Positions 7,191-13,601 of a stretch of 20,000 bases of DNA are shown here, piece after piece. This DNA comes from an uncultured virus (IMG/VR IMGVR_UViG_3300040801_002299). Its lineage: Duplodnaviria; Heunggongvirae; Uroviricota; Caudoviricetes. Position numbers and translations under genes: made by a program. Location of the stretch: IMG/VR virus record IMGVR_UViG_3300040801_002299, one strand, 5' to 3'. The notes beneath the pieces are model-generated. The model made no database searches and was not told the origin of the DNA. It saw only the letters and a list, made by a program, of their open reading frames with translations. The stretch's first letter is position 1, and each line of letters opens with the position of its first letter.

Positions 7191-7355
7191 TCAGTAGCTT
7201 CGGCACTCGCGTCGAGCGTCCTGACGACGCTTGCGATTCTTGGCCTGACGGCTCTTCTCATGCGAGCCACCACGAGGAACACCATTCGCACGACGATACT
7301 CAAGGTCTCGCTCGCGTGCGATTCGCTTGAGGGTTTTGAGATCTTGGTGGTTCAT
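7191..7355 (-). CDS. Very basic protein, 54 aa (MNHQDLKTLKRIARE...RRECRSY), not in the ORF track
   Basis: Translated by hand; first gene after the promoter, GGAGAGAACACC-ATG. Confidence 0.8.
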   Translation of the reverse strand: MNHQDLKTLKRIARERDLEYRRANGVPRGGSHEKSRQAKNRKRRQDARRECRSY

Positions 7356-7383
7356 GGTGTTCTCTCCAGTGGTGATGCACTAC

Positions 7384-7410
7384 ATCATATGGACTTTCTA
7401 GGTTTGTCAA
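7384..7410 (-). promoter_or_regulatory. Repeated promoter TTGACA-N15-TATGAT
   Basis: atcata 7384-7389, tgtcaa 7405-7410. Confidence 0.85.
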
Positions 7411-7460
7411 CTATTTATAATAGGTCGATAGTCCGCAGGCTGGCCCCTTATGGTGATGGC

Positions 7461-8159
7461 TTACGCCACCACCTTCTCTCGTATCTCCGCTTCATATTCA
7501 AAAGACCACCCAATGGCCTGATCGATCCTGTAGGAGCGACTGAAAGCAGTATCATACCTTTCAGTGATGAATGCATCGTTCACCGGGGTCAGTTCTTTCC
7601 CATCTAGAACCTTCATGCAGTTGGACAGGGCAGTGAAGAACTTGGACCCATTCTTGGCTTTGAAGCCAATCCGAGACATTCCTCGAAATTTGTCTTGGCC
7701 TACCCAGAAGACGACCCCACGCTTGCCCACGGGAACTTTGCGACCGCCACAAACGACCACTTCATCGCCCTTGCGAACAGTGTGCTTGTTGACCTGAGCT
7801 TGCCGGACGCGACGTACAGCCGCGTTACGTTTCGCCATCAAAGCCTGCATGGCATTGTAGCGTTCACGGATCTCAGGGGTGGCATCCACAGTGGTCAGAC
7901 CCATGACAGGGTAGCACCATCCACGAGTCGTGCCGAACATCTCCGTCTTCCAGGACTGAGATTCTTCGTCCCAGAACGTGGCGAAGAAATCAGAGTCGTC
8001 CCGACCATTCTTCTCACTTTCTTTCACGACACAACCGACATGCCGAATTTCGACATACCAGGTGAACTCGTTGTCCCGACCCACATTCTCCTTACCCGAA
8101 CGATGGTTCGGATTCTCAGGGTCATACTGCTTTTCATCAATGAAGTAGGCGATTCCCAT
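7461..8159 (-). CDS. Hypothetical phage protein, 232 aa, possible SH3/KOW-like C-terminal barrel
   Basis: GGAGACAC RBS; VRKGDEVVVCGGRKVPVGKRGVVFWVG pattern. Confidence 0.85.
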   Translation of the reverse strand: MGIAYFIDEKQYDPENPNHRSGKENVGRDNEFTWYVEIRHVGCVVKESEKNGRDDSDFFATFWDEESQSWKTEMFGTTRGWCYPVMGLTTVDATPEIRERYNAMQALMAKRNAAVRRVRQAQVNKHTVRKGDEVVVCGGRKVPVGKRGVVFWVGQDKFRGMSRIGFKAKNGSKFFTALSNCMKVLDGKELTPVNDAFITERYDTAFSRSYRIDQAIGWSFEYEAEIREKVVA

Positions 8160-8189
8160 GATGTGTCTCCAGTGGTGGTGATGCTCTCA

Positions 8190-8216
8190 ATCATAATGCT
8201 TGGGAAGGAATGTCAA
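8190..8216 (-). promoter_or_regulatory. Repeated promoter TTGACA-N15-TATGAT
   Basis: atcata 8190-8195, tgtcaa 8211-8216. Confidence 0.85.
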
Positions 8217-8286
8217 GAGACAGTTTAAGGTCACAGGCCCGCTATTGACAGTGAGATATTCCATAGTAGTCAAATAACTATTAGGT

Positions 8287-8593
8287 AAAAAGATTCCCCA
8301 CTCAGGGAGCAGTCACAGGCCCACCACAAACCTGCTTCGCTCAACCTGAGTGGGGAATCTCACCACACAGAAGACGACCACCACAACCGTCTTCCACTGA
8401 GGCTAACCATGCGATGCCACAGGTTGTTGGGCACTCGCATGGTAGACTCAGGTCTGATGGCATTTTTGAGAACTGTCAGACGCAATCCTTGGGGCTCTGT
8501 GGGCAGGAGCAATGCCATAACTCCCAACCACTTCCCGCTCTGCTCGTTCGCGTTGCTTCCCCTACTGGGTACTTATCCTACTAGAGCAGCCCC
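8287..8593. ncRNA. Candidate ~300-nt structured non-coding RNA; includes a minus-strand terminator with a 16-bp stem
   Basis: Back-to-back hairpins 8291-8360, 8370-8394, 8397-8451, 8452-8481, 8491-8593; two loops read CCACCACAA on +. Confidence 0.55.
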
Positions 8594-8596
8594 ACT

Positions 8597-8866
8597 TCAG
8601 ATGCGATCCGAATGGATCACACCCTTGGTGACTTCACGATACTTGCGAGCGTGGTTCGCCGCCGACGCTTCGCAGATGTTGAACATGCGAGCCACGACCT
8701 TGGTCGGAAGCTGGGTCATGTTCATGAGAGTGGCGACCTGGATCTTCTCCAGTTCGGTGAGATGAGTGTGGACCTTGTGACGACGCACGTTGGTCCGACG
8801 AGCAGGCTTGGTGTAGAGAACGCCCGCAGTAGTGGTCTTGGCGATCCGACGAGTGGTGGTAGCCAT
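8597..8866 (-). CDS. Helix-turn-helix DNA-binding protein, 89 aa
   Basis: AGGAGA RBS before ATG 8866; HLTELEKIQVATLM...PTKVVARMFNICEASAANH HTH pattern; basic N-terminus. Confidence 0.75.
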   Translation of the reverse strand: MATTTRRIAKTTTAGVLYTKPARRTNVRRHKVHTHLTELEKIQVATLMNMTQLPTKVVARMFNICEASAANHARKYREVTKGVIHSDRI

Positions 8867-8926
8867 GTTTTCTCCTATGGCTCTGATAGTGAATGTCTCA
8901 AGCAACTTGCTTGGCTGACGTATTAG

Positions 8927-8953
8927 ATCATAGTGACTTTATCGGAATGTCAA
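8927..8953 (-). promoter_or_regulatory. Repeated promoter TTGACA-N15-TATGAT
   Basis: atcata 8927-8932, tgtcaa 8948-8953. Confidence 0.85.
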
Positions 8954-9003
8954 TACTGTCATTCTGAAGGCCCTAAGGATTCTGGCCCCTATTTAGGCAA
9001 ACA

Positions 9004-9090
9004 GGAACCAGACGCCCACCACAAGCGTCTGGTTCCCGGAGCATGCTGGTCACTCACCCAGCGGCTCTATTTTCACCCCACCACAGGTGA
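9004..9090 (-). other. 3'-UTR hairpin cluster with UGUGGUGG loops; the distal 12-bp stem is probably a terminator
   Basis: GGAACCAGACGC-CCACCACAA-GCGTCTGGTTCC (9004-9036) and TCACC-CCACCACA-GGTGA (9073-9090). Confidence 0.65.
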
Positions 9091-9091
9091 C

Positions 9092-9523
9092 TCAGATTTT
9101 GACGACCTCCACTTGCATGCCATCGGGCCACTCACGACGCCGATCGCCGAAAGAACGATTGCTCACATACCCATAACTCTTGACGGTGGCAATCCACTTC
9201 TCGCACTCCGACTTGGTTCCCTTGTACAGGGCGTCGTATCCCACACCATTCGTCTCCGAATACCGCTTGGCTTCTGCCAAGCCCAGGCCAGTCTGAGCAC
9301 GGATCAGATGGATGCAACTGATCTTATTCTTTCCGCAGTCTAGCAGTCGGACTTCGTGCATCGCCTCGTCATCATCGCCATTGATGAACGACTCTGCGAA
9401 CTTGCAGAACCTACCAGGGCTGGTGCGAGCGATGCTCTCAGCGAAGCCGTTGAACTCGCCAATCTCCTGCAAGCCGAGGATAGCGTCGATCATCCGACTG
9501 GCGTTGATGTTGTGATCCGACAT
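9092..9523 (-). CDS. Protein with a ribosomal L7/L12 (bL12) C-terminal-like domain, 143 aa
   Basis: EVRLLDCGKNKISCIHLIRAQTGLGLAEAK matches the bL12 CTD pattern (V.L...G..K...I...R..TGLGL.EAK); GGAGAACAC-ATG at 9523. Confidence 0.8.
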   Translation of the reverse strand: MSDHNINASRMIDAILGLQEIGEFNGFAESIARTSPGRFCKFAESFINGDDDEAMHEVRLLDCGKNKISCIHLIRAQTGLGLAEAKRYSETNGVGYDALYKGTKSECEKWIATVKSYGYVSNRSFGDRRREWPDGMQVEVVKI

Positions 9524-9556
9524 GTGTTCTCCAGAGTGGTTTGGTGTGATGCTCAA

Positions 9557-9583
9557 ATCATACAGCGTTCTGCGGTATGTCAA
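9557..9583 (-). promoter_or_regulatory. Repeated promoter TTGACA-N15-TATGAT
   Basis: atcata 9557-9562, tgtcaa 9578-9583; overlaps the TGA of 9580..9867. Confidence 0.85.
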
Positions 9584-9867
9584 GCAGTAGCTGCATATCC
9601 CCGACAGACGACAGTCGTGTTCAGTTCGACTGCCTTCTCAGCACCAGTCAAGTCCTCGACCATCCGAACCACATTCTTGATGCTGTGGAAGGTGTGAGAG
9701 ATGACGACCACGTTGCCGTCGATGAACTCGACCTTGAACTTCTCTTGGATACGATCCTTGATGAAAGGCTTGGGGTTGGTGAGAAGAATCTCCGTCTGTT
9801 GGTGATCGACCATGGCCGACTGCCCTCGTGGGACTGGAGTGCCGCAAGCGTAGACGATGGGATGCAT
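9580..9867 (-). CDS. Hypothetical protein, 95 aa
   Basis: TGATG coupling; GAAGGA RBS. Confidence 0.7.
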   Translation of the reverse strand: MHPIVYACGTPVPRGQSAMVDHQQTEILLTNPKPFIKDRIQEKFKVEFIDGNVVVISHTFHSIKNVVRMVEDLTGAEKAVELNTTVVCRGYAATA

Positions 9868-10640
9868 CAGACAGTTTCCTTCATGGGGTAGGGGATGTTG
9901 GTGTTGGTGTCAACACCGTAGTGCTGATCGTTGCTGTCCATCAGCCGACGATAGTTGGCGTTGCATTCACGCCACCCGTCGATCTGCTCTTGGACAGTGA
10001 GAGGCTTGGTCTGGAACTTGTTTTCGCCCTGGATGGTTTCCAGCAGCTTGAGAGCCTTCTGCAGGTTCGCAGCGTGGAACGCACAGTGACCAGCCTGGAG
10101 TCGGTCGTACTTGCCATCGAACTCACCAACGACCCCGTCAGTTCCACACGGGGTGGTGAGCATGTTGACCAGGGACTGGATGCCCTCATTCGCTTCCGCG
10201 ATCACACCCAGCAGATACTCCTGGACTTCGACCACCAGATTGGCGATGTACTCGGGCTCAATGTAGAACGCCAATTCCGACGACTGACCATTGAAGAAGG
10301 TGTCAATAGACCACGAATGGGTGAAGGTCTCACGCCGACCCACCATGTCATTGATGCGATCGGAGCCATACGCGACACCCGCACAACGGGACTGGTAATC
10401 GTTGTTCACGACAGTCCCAGGGATTTCAGCCACCAGACGCTCACGGGCGAGCCCACGATCATTGTACTGCTCGGAGCGAACCAGCTTCACAGGGAAGCGA
10501 CCCGCATCGCCCATGATCGTGTGACCCCAGGCAGCGTATTCGCTGGACACACGGTGCTCAATGTGCTTCCGCACGAGAACGAAACCGACGACAGTGCCGT
10601 TGGGGATGGTGGTGACCTGAGCGAGTGAGCGAACGGACAT
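9867..10640 (-). CDS. Hypothetical phage protein, 257 aa (MSVRSLAQV...)
   Basis: GGAGACAACT-ATG at 10640. Confidence 0.85.
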   Translation of the reverse strand: MSVRSLAQVTTIPNGTVVGFVLVRKHIEHRVSSEYAAWGHTIMGDAGRFPVKLVRSEQYNDRGLARERLVAEIPGTVVNNDYQSRCAGVAYGSDRINDMVGRRETFTHSWSIDTFFNGQSSELAFYIEPEYIANLVVEVQEYLLGVIAEANEGIQSLVNMLTTPCGTDGVVGEFDGKYDRLQAGHCAFHAANLQKALKLLETIQGENKFQTKPLTVQEQIDGWRECNANYRRLMDSNDQHYGVDTNTNIPYPMKETV

Positions 10641-10676
10641 AGTTGTCTCCAAGTGGTGGTGAATGACGATGCCCAG

Positions 10677-10703
10677 ATCATAACGATGATCCAGGCATGT
10701 CAA
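10677..10703 (-). promoter_or_regulatory. Repeated promoter TTGACA-N15-TATGAT
   Basis: atcata 10677-10682, tgtcaa 10698-10703. Confidence 0.85.
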
Positions 10704-10706
10704 GAT

Positions 10707-11117
10707 CTAGTTCAGGCGTGGGGTTTCGGCTTCCTCTTCATCATGGATTTCCCAGGGCGACTTGGGGGCACAATCCACCTTCTGGGCGAAGGCCACGATC
10801 TGCATGTACTTCTCGACCTTCTCTCGGTCGCAGTACCCGATCACTTGATCGCCACTGTCCTCCTCCAGGTAGAGATCGTGTCGGAAGAACCAGTGCCCAT
10901 CATGCTTGGGATCCTCTTGTCCTGCCGCGATTTCCACCCCGTAGGTGGGATTCAGCCCCATGATGCCTCCAGGTCGTCCCATGATGATGCTCAACCAGAG
11001 CCCGTTCTTGAAGATCACACGAGCCCGATTGATGAACTCATCCGACTGGTCTTCGATCTCCTGGATCTGGTCGGCGACCGCCGCTGGGAGGTTGTTGATG
11101 GTGATGATGTCCGTCAT
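10707..11117 (-). CDS. Acidic hypothetical protein, 136 aa
   Basis: GAAAGGAACACC-ATG. Confidence 0.85.
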   Translation of the reverse strand: MTDIITINNLPAAVADQIQEIEDQSDEFINRARVIFKNGLWLSIIMGRPGGIMGLNPTYGVEIAAGQEDPKHDGHWFFRHDLYLEEDSGDQVIGYCDREKVEKYMQIVAFAQKVDCAPKSPWEIHDEEEAETPRLN

Positions 11118-11127
11118 GGTGTTCCTT

Positions 11128-11370
11128 TCAGTGCTTCACGCCGTAGTGGTCGAGCACACGCTTCGCCTTGGTGCGAACGTACTCGCTCGGGTGGGTGAGT
11201 TGGGCCTTCGCTCGCTGGATGTCGAGACTGGCGACCGAGCCACCAGAGAACCCACGCAGACCCTTGACCTCGACTTGGATCAGCTTCAGCTCCTTCTCGC
11301 TGACACTGCCAGTCTTCCGGGTGGCGTAGCTGCTCTTGAGATTCCTGCGATCGGCGACGTTCTTGCTCAT
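11128..11370 (-). CDS. Basic hypothetical protein, 80 aa (MSKNVADRR...)
   Basis: GGAGAACACC-ATG at 11370. Confidence 0.8.
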   Translation of the reverse strand: MSKNVADRRNLKSSYATRKTGSVSEKELKLIQVEVKGLRGFSGGSVASLDIQRAKAQLTHPSEYVRTKAKRVLDHYGVKH

Positions 11371-11407
11371 GGTGTTCTCCAAAGTGGGTGGTGGATTCGA
11401 TGCTCTC

Positions 11408-11434
11408 ATCATAACGATTGGGAAGGTCTGTCAA
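11408..11434 (-). promoter_or_regulatory. Repeated promoter TTGACA-N15-TATGAT
   Basis: atcata 11408-11413, tgtcaa 11429-11434. Confidence 0.85.
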
Positions 11435-11461
11435 TACCCAATCCCAGGTCGGCCTCGGGTT

Positions 11462-11512
11462 CAGGTCCGCTATTGACATTCACAGATTTCATAGTATAAG
11501 AAACTGGCCCCT
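11462..11512 (+). repeat. 51-bp perfect direct repeat, copy 1
   Basis: CAGGTCCGCTATTGACATTCACAGATTTCATAGTATAAGAAACTGGCCCCT, identical to 12026-12076. Confidence 0.95.
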
Positions 11513-11573
11513 TACAGGACATGAGGAAACCCACCCCATTTCTGGAGTGGGCTCCTGGTTGCCCGATGGGCGA

Positions 11574-11933
11574 TCAACCCCAGTCGATCTCGTTGTCAGC
11601 CGCCCACGCCCCCAGCAGCGACTTCGCACCCCGAGCACCCATCGGGAGATCGTGCTGGCCCGACTGGGCGATGATCAGCCGATTGGCGAGCTTCATCTCG
11701 CCGCAGAAGGTGGCGAGTTCACCCAGCGTGACGATCTCCGACCCATCGTCCTTCACCCAGCGTCCCTTCTTGGCCTGCTTGATGCAGTGGGCGAGATTCG
11801 CCGGATGCCAAGCGTCGAATCGGGGCGTGTACTTCTTGTCGTCCGCTCGCATGCTGCCGAGATCCGCATGGATGGCCTTGACCTCGTCGGCGGTGCTGGC
11901 GTCGTTGATGATGGTAGTGGTGGCGGTGGTCAT
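11574..11933 (-). CDS. Hypothetical protein, 119 aa, paralog of 13197..13550
   Basis: GGGGAGAG RBS; shares DLGS.RADDKKY, AHCIKQA, CGEMKLANRL and EIDWG with the paralog. Confidence 0.9.
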   Translation of the reverse strand: MTTATTTIINDASTADEVKAIHADLGSMRADDKKYTPRFDAWHPANLAHCIKQAKKGRWVKDDGSEIVTLGELATFCGEMKLANRLIIAQSGQHDLPMGARGAKSLLGAWAADNEIDWG

Positions 11934-11970
11934 GGTTTCTCTCCCCATGTGTGTTGTGGTGATGCACTAG

Positions 11971-11997
11971 ATCATAAGCGTTTTCTCGGTCTGTCAA
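11971..11997 (-). promoter_or_regulatory. Repeated promoter TTGACA-N15-TATGAT
   Basis: atcata 11971-11976, tgtcaa 11992-11997. Confidence 0.85.
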
Positions 11998-12025
11998 TAG
12001 TGTGTTCTCGGTGCCGAAGGTGCAG

Positions 12026-12076
12026 CAGGTCCGCTATTGACATTCACAGATTTCATAGTATAAGAAACTGGCCCCT
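12026..12076 (+). repeat. 51-bp perfect direct repeat, copy 2
   Basis: Identical to 11462-11512. Confidence 0.95.
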
Positions 12077-12114
12077 AAAGGAGTGGAGAGCGAAAGCTCC
12101 CCACCCAGTCCTAC

Positions 12115-12363
12115 TCAGGGGTAGCCACCACGAGTGAACTCGCCAGTGGGGTCGATGGGGTCGAAGTCGTCGCCTGGTTCGGGGCACTCGTTCAGAGCGA
12201 CCCACTCCTCCCAGGAGCACGCTTCGCCATCTTCGTTCGTGGGAGCGAAGACGGACTTGTTGGTGCTGCCTGGGAGGCTGAGCAGGATGAGAGTATCATC
12301 CATGACCTCGACGGTACGCATGGGAAAACGATCCTGGAGGATGGCAGCAGCAGCGTGAATCAT
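12115..12363 (-). CDS. Acidic hypothetical protein, 82 aa (alternative in-frame leaderless ATG at 12393)
   Basis: GGAGACTACT-ATG at 12363. Confidence 0.8.
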   Translation of the reverse strand: MIHAAAAILQDRFPMRTVEVMDDTLILLSLPGSTNKSVFAPTNEDGEACSWEEWVALNECPEPGDDFDPIDPTGEFTRGGYP

Positions 12364-12400
12364 AGTAGTCTCCATGTGGTGGGTGGTGTTCATGCTCTCA

Positions 12401-12427
12401 ATCATATAGATTCTCTCGGGTTGTCAA
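12401..12427 (-). promoter_or_regulatory. Repeated promoter TTGACA-N15-TATGAT
   Basis: atcata 12401-12406, tgtcaa 12422-12427. Confidence 0.85.
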
Positions 12428-12589
12428 GAAGGACTTCATCTCGGCCTCGGGTTTCGGACCTCCACTTGACACAGAGCGATTTCATAGTAGTATGATTCCC
12501 ATCTTCTGGCCCCTAGGTCGATAGACGGAAACTCCCCCAATCTCTTGGGAGAGTTCCGATGCTCTGGGGGATAAACAGAGCGAAGATCC

Positions 12590-12703
12590 TCAGGGGTAAG
12601 TGGTCCAGTCCGTCATCGGGCAGTGGCCGTTGGTCTTGGCCTCTCGCAGCGAGCGTTCGATCCGACGCAGCCCGAGAGTGGCGATTCGCACGATCCGACG
12701 CAT
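12590..12703 (-). CDS. Basic peptide, 37 aa (MRRIVRIATLGLRRIERSLREAKTNGHCPMTDWTTYP), not in the ORF track
   Basis: Translated by hand; strong GGAGGTG RBS and TGATG coupling. Confidence 0.6.
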   Translation of the reverse strand: MRRIVRIATLGLRRIERSLREAKTNGHCPMTDWTTYP

Positions 12704-12939
12704 CAGTTCACCTCCCCACACACCAGCACCGCATTCTGCTTCCGGAGGGCGATCTCGTAGACGCGAGCCTCATGCTCCAGCTCCGCCATCTGCTTGCCGC
12801 CACGCAGCAGGAACGTCTTGGGAGCCTTCCCCCGCTTGCCCGAAGTCCGCTGGATGTGGTCCGTGGGGAGCAGCTTGTGGAGCCTTCCCTCCAGGTCCTT
12901 CACCGTCACGAGCCGCTTGGTGGTGATCTTGATGAGCAT
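12703..12939 (-). CDS. Basic hypothetical protein, 78 aa
   Basis: GGGAGAGAGAC-ATG. Confidence 0.8.
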   Translation of the reverse strand: MLIKITTKRLVTVKDLEGRLHKLLPTDHIQRTSGKRGKAPKTFLLRGGKQMAELEHEARVYEIALRKQNAVLVCGEVN

Positions 12940-12974
12940 GTCTCTCTCCCATGTGGGTTGTGGTGATGCACTAG

Positions 12975-13001
12975 ATCATATGGATTCGCTCGGTCTGTCA
13001 A
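12975..13001 (-). promoter_or_regulatory. Repeated promoter TTGACA-N15-TATGAT
   Basis: atcata 12975-12980, tgtcaa 12996-13001. Confidence 0.85.
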
Positions 13002-13143
13002 GAGTCGGGCCTCGGGTTCGGTTCCTGTGAGGTCTATCGCTACTACTATGAAATATCGTGAGTTCAAGAGCAATCTTTGTGGATCAATCTTTCCACTTGA
13101 CTGGTGGGGATTTCATACTAGAATAGGGGCCAGAATCGCCACG

Positions 13144-13172
13144 AAAAAACCCACCCCATTGGCTGGGGTGGG
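13144..13172 (-). terminator. Intrinsic terminator
   Basis: CCCACCCCA/TGGGGTGGG stem plus U6. Confidence 0.85.
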
Positions 13173-13196
13173 CTTCTCTTGCTTGGCTGTGGGGTG

Positions 13197-13550
13197 TCAG
13201 TTGCCCCAGTCGATTTCGTGGTTGGCGACCCACGCAGTCACCAGACTGACGACGCCACGCTTGCTGGCTGGGGTGTCACCCACGCCACTCTGGGCGATGG
13301 CGAGACGATTGGCGAGCTTCATTTCGCCACACTGGGCAGCCAGTTCGCCAATGGTCTGGTCGATGCCACCCCAATGCCCACGACGAGCTTGCTTGATGCA
13401 GTGGGCGATGTTCGCAGCGTGGTACGCTTCGAACTTGGGGCAGTATTTCTTGTCATCAGCACGCAGCGAACCCAAGTCGCTGTGGATGGACTTCACTTCG
13501 TCCACGCTGGCGTTGGTGATGGTGGTGGTGATCTGGGCGACGTTGCTCAT
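13197..13550 (-). CDS. Hypothetical protein, 117 aa, paralog of 11574..11933
   Basis: GGAGACACCC-ATG at 13550; motifs shared with the paralog. Confidence 0.9.
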   Translation of the reverse strand: MSNVAQITTTITNASVDEVKSIHSDLGSLRADDKKYCPKFEAYHAANIAHCIKQARRGHWGGIDQTIGELAAQCGEMKLANRLAIAQSGVGDTPASKRGVVSLVTAWVANHEIDWGN

Positions 13551-13601
13551 GGGTGTCTCCATGTTTGGGTGGTGTGTGTGTGTCGTTGTTCGACGCTCTC
13601 A

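Noticed and set aside
8320..9085. TGTGGTGG as a Chi site
   Set aside because: Differs from E. coli Chi GCTGGTGG and sits specifically in hairpin loops, which points to an RNA or ssDNA structural role; host unknown.
4267..12405. Longer N-termini in the ORF track (4608, 6237, 6656, 7303, 9583, 10703, 11412, 12405)
   Set aside because: These starts fall inside the promoter module or an upstream gene; RBS-supported ATGs lie downstream.
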